DNA of 64,000 nucleotides, taken from NCBI GenBank assembly GCA_020184695.1, contig JAANOX010000126.1, positions 124,001 through 188,000 on the forward strand, given 5' to 3'. The DNA is from Histomonas meleagridis 2922-C6/04-290x (Eukaryota; Protista; Parabasalia). The translations under genes and the position numbers were made by a program. This document shows positions 36,671 through 47,882 of this stretch, one piece after another (positions within the stretch are counted from its first letter, which is position 1; the number at the start of each line of letters is the position of its first letter). The notes under the pieces were generated by a model. That model was not told the origin of the DNA, made no database searches, and was given only the letters and a program-made list of their open reading frames with translations.

Positions 36671-37300
36671 CTAAAATTTTAATATTTCTTCAATAAGCGA
36701 TTCAGTATTTATATTTTCTAGTAATGAAACTTCAAATATTTTGTAATCATAATCTTTCAGGTGTTTTTCACATTTTTCCTTTAAATCATCTAATGAAAAT
36801 AATTTTTCATATGATTTATCACTTTTGTTATTGTATACAATAATAAACTGAGGTTTACCAAGTAAATCTCGAATTTGCTCTAATGCATCGAAGGTTTTTA
36901 AACAATTAGGTTGATCAGGACTACAAACAATAATTATCTTATCTGAATCACGGACTATCACATTATATATTTTTGAATATTCTTCATCTCCTCCTATATC
37001 CCATACATTAATTTGTTTCTTGTCATTATCTATATTAAAGAGATCTGTTCCTATAGTTGGTTTATAATCACCATGATCAATGCCTTGTAAAAGTTCACAA
37101 AGAGTTGTTTTTCCTGTTGTGCCCATACCCATAATAGTGATTTTCTTTGGCTGAGTGTTTTTCTCAATAAAAATATCAGGTTTATAAGGTTTATCAGGAC
37201 ACCCTGTGTGACCCAAATATCGCCCCCACCTACCTCTTGCAACGTAGGGTCCATCATTAAATGAACGTATCCTGTAGACAGCGCTTTCGAGAGCACCCAT
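36671..37300 (-). CDS. Divergent Ras-superfamily small GTPase with MGxxxS N-terminus
   Basis: GMGTTGKTT, KPTIG, VWDIGG, NNKSD, EVS; first ATG at 37300 (MGALES). Confidence 0.8.
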   Translation of the reverse strand: MGALESAVYRIRSFNDGPYVARGRWGRYLGHTGCPDKPYKPDIFIEKNTQPKKITIMGMGTTGKTTLCELLQGIDHGDYKPTIGTDLFNIDNDKKQINVWDIGGDEEYSKIYNVIVRDSDKIIIVCSPDQPNCLKTFDALEQIRDLLGKPQFIIVYNNKSDKSYEKLFSLDDLKEKCEKHLKDYDYKIFEVSLLENINTESLIEEILKF

Positions 37301-38950
37301 TTGGATAGTCAAATAAATTGGAAATGGATTGAATACTTATCGTCGTTATAACGATCAATTTCAATTTAAAGAACGAGATTTTTCATTATTTATTTGGCCA
37401 GCCGGCTTGATCAAATCAAAAAGAGAGGGGGATGGAAATGCACATTGTGACAGTGATATCAGTGGAATTTCTTACGAGATAGGATTCAATTCATTTGCTA
37501 TTCGGCTGGAATTCAAAGTGCAACATTTGGAATGTCGAACACAGGCACTTCAATTGGTGAAAGTGCATTTTGATAATGTTCTTCAGTTGCTTCAATTGTG
37601 TATTCTTCATTTTATTCATGTTAGCAAATATTTGTTAAATAAATATTTAATGAACCATCAAATTTTTTTGGCAAAACTTTTAATTATTGTTTGTTGGATT
37701 ATTTTAATTTTTGCCAATTATAATAGCTCACTTGGATTTTATCTGTAAAAAGTTCTGATGTTTTATATTTATTATGCAGATATGATTTAGATGTCTTTAT
37801 AGAAATGAAAGCGGAAAGCAAGGAACATAGTGGCAAAAAACTGCTTTGTATCTTTATGGTTATTGTAATATTTCAATTTGTCTTAAAATAGGACGTGGTC
37901 TGGCATAAGTTCACCATCTTAAATGCTCCCCTATACCACAGGGGTGACAATCGGATTTGAATGGAAAACGATTAAAGTGAATAAACTACTCAATTGATTT
38001 TCGTCACTTTTTTCTGCGCAGAAAAAAAAAACATTGAAAAAGCCTTTTTAACAAAAATAATGAACTGAAAGGCTAATGATTATATTCATCAGATCTCTAT
38101 TATACCTTTAGGTATTGTCCAATTCAATCAAATTGACCCGACCAAATATATATTGAATTTTAAAGAAACAATTCTTAAATTTTAATTTTGCATGTAAAGT
38201 ATTCAAATAGATCACATTTACAATCGTTTTTAATCGTGAGTTTCACTTTTTGTATAATTTCCACTTTTTGAGTTTGTTTTTATCGTTGTGTGTATTAAAT
38301 CTTATTCAGCTACACATTGACAATTTTTGAGAGCCCATTGTGTTTGATTACTTGCCAAATTGAATTGTAATGTTTCAAATACCCCCTTATATTTTGCTTT
38401 TTGCTTGAGATTCCATAAGTTTCAGGAATGAACATTTTAAAAATCTTTGTTAAATTATTGATTGTGTTTGAGGTAACTCGCACTTTTTTGCTATTATTGT
38501 TTTAGGCATTTATAATATAGTTTATGTATTTGTCACAATATTTTCCAAAGATTCCTTCGGCCTTTGCAACAAGTTGATCAAATTCATTTAAATGATAATT
38601 CGTGCACAAGGTTTCACGATTAAAATTGTTAGAAAATCAACATTTTTATCAACATATTGATTATGTAATTAATTGAACGACAAGTACGTTTCACTTGAGA
38701 AACCTTTAATAGTTTTATTTCAATATTTATAAATATTGTATCAATTTTGATTGTTTTCAGTCATTTCATTAGAGCTGAACAATATATTGAAAAGTTATTT
38801 TATTTTTGTCAAAAAAAGTCCTATTGAAGGGATTCTTGTTTATATATAAAATAGTAAAAACAAATCATTACACTAGGAACTGCATCGAATATATTATATG
38901 ACATTGTTAATTGACTTGATCGTGAGTTATAACTCTGCGTTATAACTGCC

Positions 38951-41900
38951 TTATAAGGCATCAGTTGGTGTTTGATTATTTGTAGGTAAACCAAAACTAT
39001 ATGTGCTATTAGTTGATGTTTGATTATTTGTAGGTAAACCAAAACTATACGTGTTATTAGTTGGTGTTTGATTATTTGTAGGTAAACCAAAACTATATGT
39101 GCTATTAGTTGATGTTTGATTATTTGTAGGTAAACCAAAACTATATGTGCTATTAGTTGATGTTTGATTATTTGTAGGTAAACCAAAACTATATGTGCTA
39201 TTAGTTGGTGTTTGATTATTTGTAGGCAAACCAAATTCGTTTGTATTGTTTTCATTTTGCTGGTCAGAAATGTTTCCTTCTTTTTCAAGAATTATTTTAA
39301 CAATTTCATTTTGACCTTTTGATCTTGCTAAAATAAGTGGAGTTTTTTATTGAGTAAATAAATACCAAATATTATTTTGAATCTAGAATATACTTAAATA
39401 AATTTTAAATAAAACGAATGCATATCTTTAGTATTAATGTCAGTTCTTTTATCCTCAAGAAGTAATTTAGCAATATCAGTATAACCATTAAATAATGCAA
39501 TCATAAGTGATGTCCAATGTGTTATGTATAAATACCAAATAATTTTTACTATAAACCTTATATAAAAAAAAATGAATATTTTCCTTGATATTTAAATCAA
39601 TTTTTTTGTTTTTAAGAATTAATTTGACGGTATCAATTTTATTTTTTTCTGTTGCAAGCATAAGTAATGTTTTAAAATAAATTAATAAATTTCATATAAT
39701 TTCTTGAAAAACCATCCTTAACATCAACATCAATATTTTCTTGTTCAAGAAGTAATTTTAAAATTTCATCGTATCCTTTCTTAAGTGACATTATAGCTGC
39801 AAAACCATATAATTTTAATAAACATAAAATAAAATTAATTAATTTTTTTGTCATTTATGTCAATCTCTTTTTGTTCAAGAAGTAATTTAACTATTTCTGT
39901 ATGACCATTTCTAGATGCTTCTATAAGTGCTGTATCAAATATTTTAAATAATTTCCGAATATTATTTTGGAATATAAATTTTAAATAAAATAAATTAATA
40001 TTTTGAGCATTAATATTAATTCCTTCTTGTTCAAGAAGTAATTTAACTATTTCTGTATGTCCATTTAAAGATGCACACATAAGTGCTGTAAGAAATAATT
40101 TAAATAATTTCCAAATATTATTTTGAAATCCAAAATTATTAAAATAAATTTTAAATAAAATAAATAAATACTTTGAGTATTAATATCAATTCCTTTTTGT
40201 TCAAGAAGTAATTTTACTATTTCTGTGTGACCATTTTCAGATGCAAACATAAGTGCTGTTTTAAATAATATAAATAATTTCCAAATATTATTTTGAAACA
40301 TCCCAAAATTATTAAAATAAATTTTAAATAAAACAAATAAATATCTTTAGCATTAATATCAATTCCTTCTTGTTCAAGAAGTAATTTAACTATTTCTGAA
40401 TGTCCATTTAAAGATGCACCAATAAGTGCTGTTTTAAATAATTTAAATAATTTCCAAATATTGTATTGAATTTTTAATCAAATGTAATAAATTTCAACTA
40501 AAATAATCAAATATCTTTTTCATTAATATTAGCTCCCTTTTCAAGAAGAAATTTAACTATATCTAAGTGGCCATGACTAGATTCAGAAACAAGAACTGAA
40601 CCAAGAAATATAAATAATTTCCAAATATTATTTAGAAACATAAAATTATTAAAATAAATATCAAATAAAACAAATAAATATCTCTAGCATTAATATCAAT
40701 TCCTTTTTGTTCAAGAAGTAATTTTACTATTTCTATATGACCATTTTCTGATGCTTGAAGAAGTGCTGTTTTAAATAATTTAAATAATTTCCAAATATTG
40801 TATTGAAACATCCCAAAATTATTAAAATAAATACTATATAAAACAAATAAATATCTTTAGAATTGATATCAATTTCATAATGTTCAAGAATGTATTTAAC
40901 AAGTTCTATATTCCCTGATTGCACTGAGAAAAGTAAAATATCTTTAGGAACTTTATTATCTTCAATGAGATATTCAACGAGAAACAAATTACCAATTTTT
41001 TGCTGATTCATTAACTACAGTTTCATCGAATTTTTATTCCATAATCTTTCAAAAAGAAAGGATTTCATAATTACTATATTTCACACAAAATAGCTCAAGT
41101 GGTTGATGCTTGGAATGTCTATATTTAAAAGATATGTCTATGAGGGAAATTCTGCTATTATCTTCCGTTGAATTTTCTTCTAATTTATTTTCATAAATAT
41201 ATTTAAAGATATCGTTTCGATGAAATTTAATTGCTGTTTCATATGCACCTCCAAATGATGAATGATTTTGTTCGCATAAATGAATGATTTCAATATTTCC
41301 ACCTGCAACTGCAAATCTACCTGTATTATCCACTTTTGCTCCATTCATAAGTAAATATTTAAAACATTTAATTGATCCAAAAAATGCTGCAAAATCAATT
41401 AACCCAACAAATTGTCGAAAAAATTGTCCAACAAATGAATATTTTTCATAAAAAGATGGATTAATTATTTCATTAAAGTTAAAATTATTTTGTGATGACA
41501 TTTCTTGAAGTTCATCAAGTTTATCATCTCGAATTATATCTAATAATTTGTTTGAATTGTCCCGTTTCTGAGGTTGTTCTGTAGTTTCAAATATTTGATT
41601 TTCCTTAACTTTATTGATGTCAATTATTTTTTCTTCAAGCATTTTTTTAATATGATAATTTTCATTTGTTAAGTTTTCTGTTAAAAATGATTCAAAAATA
41701 TCAATAATTTTGGGATTGCAACAATAAATTTCATCTTCCTTCATTTGGATTAATCTTAAATAATTTATATATGCTTTATAATTATCAACATTACATTTAA
41801 GAGCAGAATAAATTAACAAGACTATAACATAGTTGAACGATAAAGGATAATTTGAAAAATATAAATTCATGGTTTGTTCCACAGAAAACTCTACATTTTC

Positions 41901-42025
41901 CTTACTTATGTTAAAAACAATTGTTTCGAGATTTTTAAAGATTTGTAAATTATCTGATTTATTAGGTACGCCAAGTTTCAACTGCTGCAATAGGCTAAAG
42001 GTAACAAGAACACGTTAAGAACCAT
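38951..42025 (-). CDS. Ankyrin gene D: DUF3447 plus ankyrin repeats with 34 ~17-nt elements (plus one candidate after the ATG) and a 16-aa SFGL repeat tail
   Basis: Spacers reconstruct to SWDGK, DYGG, EKGK, KWDGK, KWGL, KIYGD, YGF, GEK, KxGW, KLGK; the frame then continues into PTNNQTSTNSTYSFGL repeats, stop at 38951. Homopolymer indels at ~41000-41055. Confidence 0.82.
38965..39232 (-). repeat. 48-nt coding tandem repeat, ~5.5 copies
   Basis: GTTTGATTATTTGTAGGTAAACCAAAACTATATGTGCTATTAGTTGRT period 48. Confidence 0.92.
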
Positions 42026-42399
42026 ATTTCATTACACATTTCTTTGTTTTGAGAACTTTATGCAAAAGTTTTCTTTTCATTCGAATTATGCAAATCACTA
42101 GTTAATCTTAACCTGACACGGTCATACGTCTTGGGATTTCTTCATCTTATTTTTGTTCTAATTTAAGAAAAGCAATCGCATATATATGTAATGAAATAAA
42201 AGATGAAAATATACAATTTTATAAAATGAATAAGAAAATTCTTTTGGAAGCATTTTAGAAAAAGACCTATTCTATATATCACCATTTAGCTTATATTATG
42301 ATAATATATATAATAGATCATAAGTAAAGAAGATCTGCTCTAAAATTTTGTAAAATTTACTCGGCGGTTATTATGATGTGACGGTTTTTTGAGCAACTT

Positions 42400-44268
42400 A
42401 TGAATGAAGCTTCCTATTCGGGAGGGATCATGAACAGAGGAAATACATGCTACATGTCCTCAGCACTTCAAATACTTTTCAGGTTTCGTCCTTTTAGGAA
42501 AATTATAAAGAATTTATCAGCCGATTTTAAAAATCAACCAATTTTTTCTATTCTTAATAGTTTAGCTCATTCTTTAAAATATGGAAAAGACCCAATAAAT
42601 CCAGATTCTTTGATAAATTTTTTAAAAATTGATCCTGGTATTCAATGTGATATCTGTGAATTTCTAACAAAGCTTTTAGATGTACTTATTAGTGTTGATG
42701 AAACAAATAAAACTATTCCTTTGAAGGATCTTTTTTATTTATATAGTAATAGAACACAACAAAATTACAAAGATAATCAAATTTTTCTTACAATTCCTGC
42801 AGCACCAAACCAAAGTATAGAAGAATCCATTAACTCTATGCTCAGTGATAACATTGAAACCATTGAACGTAGTCCGCGTTTATTATTTGTTCACATTCAA
42901 AGAATTGAATTCAACAAAGAAACGAATGAAACAACAAAAGACTCATCACCGATGATTATCAGTGATTCTCTTCGTATTAATGACGAAACTTATTCTATTT
43001 ATTCCATAGTTCAACATATTGGGCGATCAAATTCAGGTCATTACATATCATTTATTCATGATTCTGATGGTTGGCTCAAATGTAATGATTCACGTGTTAC
43101 CAGCATTAGTGCATCTGATGTTTTTACGTCAAGTTTTGATGAACGATCTCCTGCATATCTTGTAGCTTATGTTCATTCGTTCACAGATGTTCTTTCTATT
43201 CGTAATCGTATTGAAGCAGCATCTCACTCTCTAAAGCTTGTCTTCTTTGATGCCAAAAAGATGAAAAAAGAGGCCGAATTTGAATCTTCCACAAATTCTG
43301 TAACGGATGCGATATCACTTGTTAAAGAAGTTAAATCCCAATGGGAATCGCGCTTCAAATGCACTCTTTCAACACGCTACCAACTCGGCAACCAACGCAT
43401 GACGCGTGACTTCCCTCATGACCCCGGTGAAGTTCTTGTTTGGTTTGAACGTTTAAGTATGCGAAATTTCAATCCGACAAACGTTAAAATTGAGCCGATA
43501 CGCGTCACTTTTGGGATCTGTGATACTTCACTTCACTTCAACGTATTTTTTCATCCGGAGCAAACAACAAAATCTGTATATAGCTTTGGGAAGCGATTTA
43601 TGACAGACTTCCTTCATAGCCGTGAGTGTAATCTCCGACTTTATATTGAAATATATGAACAGTTAGTAATCATTAATTCTGATTATGACAAAACACTTTT
43701 TGAGTTACAATGTTATTATGAAGACCTTAGATTCTTTATCTCTATTAACAATCCAACGCCACGGAATTTGATGTATGCCAAAGTTAATCTATTTCAAACA
43801 GATAATAAATTAGATCAACTTGACCCCATTAAATATCCTGTACACTTAGACGAAACCATTGATTGTCTCTTAGACTATGCCAAAGAACAACTTCATGTTG
43901 GCTCATGTGTATTATATTCGATGAAATACGACAACGAAATTCCAACAATGCATGAGATATGCGGAAACCCAAATCTAATTGACGTCGTCGCCAACGAAAA
44001 GGAATTACGCGCAGAGCGTTCGCCGGAAGTTAACTCCAACAATTGTTACATCGAAGGAATCGGAATATGTTTCAAGTTCGCAATCGAAAGCGAAGAAAAT
44101 ATCGACGAAATAGAGGAAAGAATCGGAAAATATTTGGCGAACTACGTCGGAAGCCAAAGGGTGCGCGTGGCGTTCAGAGTCGGCGACATGCTCACGAGGC
44201 CGTACGTGCCCGGAGAGGAAATGGACCTGCACGCAGACAACGTGACGGCGGTGGTGAGCGTTGTGTGA
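42400..44268 (+). CDS. Ubiquitin-specific protease (peptidase C19)
   Basis: Cys box NRGNTCYMSSALQ, QCDICEFL, His box HIGRSNSGHY...WLKCNDSRV. Confidence 0.92.
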   Translation: MNEASYSGGIMNRGNTCYMSSALQILFRFRPFRKIIKNLSADFKNQPIFSILNSLAHSLKYGKDPINPDSLINFLKIDPGIQCDICEFLTKLLDVLISVDETNKTIPLKDLFYLYSNRTQQNYKDNQIFLTIPAAPNQSIEESINSMLSDNIETIERSPRLLFVHIQRIEFNKETNETTKDSSPMIISDSLRINDETYSIYSIVQHIGRSNSGHYISFIHDSDGWLKCNDSRVTSISASDVFTSSFDERSPAYLVAYVHSFTDVLSIRNRIEAASHSLKLVFFDAKKMKKEAEFESSTNSVTDAISLVKEVKSQWESRFKCTLSTRYQLGNQRMTRDFPHDPGEVLVWFERLSMRNFNPTNVKIEPIRVTFGICDTSLHFNVFFHPEQTTKSVYSFGKRFMTDFLHSRECNLRLYIEIYEQLVIINSDYDKTLFELQCYYEDLRFFISINNPTPRNLMYAKVNLFQTDNKLDQLDPIKYPVHLDETIDCLLDYAKEQLHVGSCVLYSMKYDNEIPTMHEICGNPNLIDVVANEKELRAERSPEVNSNNCYIEGIGICFKFAIESEENIDEIEERIGKYLANYVGSQRVRVAFRVGDMLTRPYVPGEEMDLHADNVTAVVSVV

Positions 44269-44295
44269 GTATGTAAAGTGTAAATGTTTGTTAAG

Positions 44296-44435
44296 TGTAA
44301 ATGTAATGTAATGAAGTGTACAATGTGAATATTATTTTGATGACATGTGAAATATATTTGTAAATGTAATGTAATGAAGTGTACAATATGAATATTATTT
44401 TGATGACATGTGAAATATATTTGTAAATGTAATGT
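44296..44435. repeat. 63-bp direct tandem repeat (~2.2 copies) downstream of the USP gene
   Basis: TGTAAATGTAATGT starts at 44296, 44359 and 44422. Confidence 0.85.
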
Positions 44436-44686
44436 TAGTGAATTATATTATTTATCAATAGCCAACATTTGAAATTTTATAATTAATGTAAAATATCAGA
44501 TTACGTTTAGAAATTATTCATTTCAAATAATGAATAATATTGTTTGATGAATATTTATCTTTTCATTAAGTTGAAGTTTGTTAATATGTAAAAAATATAT
44601 TTTTATACAAAATAAGTAATAAAAATGTATTTAAACTATTTTTATTTTGTATTTTATGGAAGTTTCACAATTATTATGAACTTTAA

Positions 44687-47465
44687 TTAATTATTAGGAA
44701 CATATTTTCGAATCAGATTCAAAATTTCTTGATCGCTGCATAAGTCAAATATATTTTGAAATGCATTAAACGAACGCCAAACAATTCAAGTGAACGTGAC
44801 AAGTTTTTGCATACACATCGAAAACATTTAAGTTCAGAAGTAATTCCACAACATCAAAGTTAGCGAATTGGCATGCAATATGCAGTGCGTTGTAATTATC
44901 ATCGTTAACTTTCATTATGTTAATATTTGGTTGTTCTAAAAGTAATTTCACAAGCTCGACGTTATTTTTAGTACATGCAAGTAAAAATGGCGTTTCAAAT
45001 AATATAAATAAATTTGAAGAGAAGTTTCTTCATTGATATCAAATATATTTATATCAAGTAAAAGTTTCGTGCAATGAAAACTACCCGATTTACATGCGAA
45101 ATGTAATGCATTCATAAAAACATAAAACGAACATTACAAATATTAAAAAAACATTAAAATGAAAAACAAATAAACTTTAAACAATTAGAATAAACTTCAA
45201 AAACATAAATGAAACACTCGCTTTAATTATTACGTTTGTATGAGGATATGAAAGTAAAACACTTTGTGCTTCAAAGTTATCATTTTCACATGCTATATGA
45301 ATTGGAGCTAAAAAACATTTAAATAAATTCCAATAAAATTAAATAAACAGAATGAAATATTAAAAATTTATAGTTAATTCATTCACATCAATTTTATCCA
45401 AAGACAAAATAAATGAAACAAGTTCTGGATTACCATTTTCACAAGCGTAATGTAAAATATTCATAAAAACAACAAGAAAACGCCAAAAAACACAAGAAAA
45501 CATTACTCGATTTATCATCTATTTTAATTTGTTTAATCGAACAAAAATATTTAACAACATCCAAATTACCATTTTGCGCAGCAATTAATAAAGAACTCAT
45601 AAATAACATAAAAAAACTCGACCATTAGGTTTGGAGTTGATCGATATGTTTAATTTAGATAAAAGGAATTTAATGATTTCTAAGTTACCGACTTTACTTG
45701 CATAATGTAATGGATTCGGAAATTTAATAAAAATAAACTCGAAAACATAAAAGTTAATATCCGATGGTAAATTCACATGTAGTGATGGATTATCAAGTAT
45801 AAGTTTAACTAATTCATATGAATCATTAGTACACGCAAAATGTATCGGTTGTAATCCTTCAGAAGATTCGATGTTAACATCAAAATCCGGATTTTTCATC
45901 AAGAATTTTACGATGTCAATATCACCGTTTTTACAAGCGATATGTAATGGCACTAAAAACATTTAAAACAAATACCAAAAAAAGCGAAAAAATTTCTTTG
46001 AAACATTTAAATATATATTATACATATTAATATTCAAGTTTTTACATTTCAAAAGTATTTTAACTAAGTCGATGTTATTCTTTTCTACAGCAATATGTAA
46101 AAATGCATTTCCTTCATCAATAATTATGTTTAAATCGATATAACTTATTTTACATAGTAATGAAACGATTTGCATATTTTGTAATTTAATTGCTTTATAT
46201 AAAAGTTTCCCGTCATTATAAAAACCATTAACATTTAAACCTTCTTTCATTATGAATTCGAATAATGAAAAGTTTCCATATGTTATACATTTTCGCGCAA
46301 TTTTTTCGAATTGTTTTAAACATCTTTGATTCGGTTGATAAATTTGGAAAAATAATTCATTTCGATGATATTTAATAATTAATTTTAAATCATCTTCAAA
46401 AGAAAAGTTTTGTTCGATAAGTGAATTAATAATTTGTTCATTTCCACCAAAAATTGCATATTTGATAATATCTTCGTCAATTTCGACGTTATTTTGTAAT
46501 AAGAAATTAAAACAATTATACGAACCAAAAAACGCACAAATTTGTATTAACGTTTCATTATTATTAATCAAATTCGATGGAATATAATATGGTCTTTGTA
46601 AACTGGAATTAATATCGATGTTTCCATTACTAATTATCGATTGTAAATTATTTTCATCATCTTTTTCTATAGCAGAAATAATAAAAGTTAATCGTTCATT
46701 GTTAATTTTGTTCTCGATTTCATTAATGTTTTGAAAGAAATTTGTTAATAACTTTCGAATTTTCGGAGTTTTGTATTGCATTTCGGGTGAAATTAATTCG
46801 TTTTGATACATACTATATAATATATAAATAATTTCATTAAAATATTTTCGTGAATTATTATACGTGGCTAATAATCCAATAAAAATATATACTAATGTTT
46901 CGAGTTTATTCGATTCGTCTTTGTTTCGAATAATTGAAGAAATAAATTTAATGTATAAATCGATATTATATGGCTTTGAAATACACGCACCAAAAATACT
47001 TTGCGTTAATGTATATATGTGTGAGTTGTTGGTGTAAAGTAATGTGCCAAGGAATAATTTTATTGATTCTTCAAAATTATCATCACTTAACGAATATATA
47101 AGATTTTCTAGTTTTTTAAGATCTTCAAAGTCTGTAGAAGTCGAAAAAAGATTTTCATATTCAGAAGATACAGTTTCAAATTGTTCAACTAATTTTTCAA
47201 GTGATGGATCTTGAAGTTGTGATGCTATGCTTTTAACAAAATCATAATTTGATTTGACAACATCTATTTCACCACCTGAATATAATTCTGAAATTGTATC
47301 AAAAAATGTTGGAGATCCTTCATATTGTAATGAAAATGTTCGATTACCATTTCTATTATATGAATCAAAAACTGATTTGGAATGATTCATTATTGTCTTG
47401 AAGTCACAAAGATATTCAGTTCCATTGAAAAATAGCGAGAAATTTTGATTCTCAATTTCATCCAT
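44687..47465 (-). CDS. Ankyrin gene E: BTB-like N-terminus, DUF3447 and divergent ankyrin repeats interrupted by ~19 elements of ~17 nt
   Basis: Reconstructed loops NKEGL, PNGRM, SNGM, TISGL, ASEKFNNM, SLQE, CHGQ; last segment NIFDLCSDQEILNLIRKYVPNN* at 44687. Confidence 0.82.
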
Positions 47466-47882
47466 TTTTTAAACGTGCAATAAATAAACGGTCGATTATC
47501 TGCGTGGCTTTCGTCAAAGCATTTCAGAAGTACAAAGTAAATTTTATTTAAAATTTTAATAAGAAAAAAGTTACTTTCATCGTAACTATTACATGGTAAA
47601 TAAGGTCTTTTTGTATTTAAAAATATTTTGCAGAGGCATTTTTAAAATAAATTGCTTTTTAACCATTTCTATGACTTTTATAGGGCTTTTAATGCTTACA
47701 TGGAACATGATTTTTTCTAATTTTTGTCCACTTGTGAAGAAAATAATTTTCGGTTTTCGAGTGTATTAACGTAAAATTTGCCCGAAAAAAAAAGATTTTG
47801 GCGAATATCATTTATGTAGTTTACACCAAGAAAACTTTTGACATAATTGAACTTTTTGAGATGCCAGAAAAGATTTGCACGA

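Noticed and set aside
37329-37748. 139-aa plus-strand ORF
   Set aside because: No motif; the opposite strand looks more coding-like but is stop-ridden, so probably a remnant.
22384-47465. Ankyrin spacers as canonical GT-AG or U12 AT-AC introns
   Set aside because: No 3' AG/AC, no GTATGT/ACTAAC or ATATCC/TCCTTAAC signals; GT-AG candidates tested (e.g. near 45596-45622) give the wrong frame.
22384-47465. Stop-codon reassignment or simple pseudogenisation as the explanation for broken ankyrin genes
   Set aside because: Most spacers are not multiples of 3, other genes end normally at TAA/TGA, and the helical segments show no decay.
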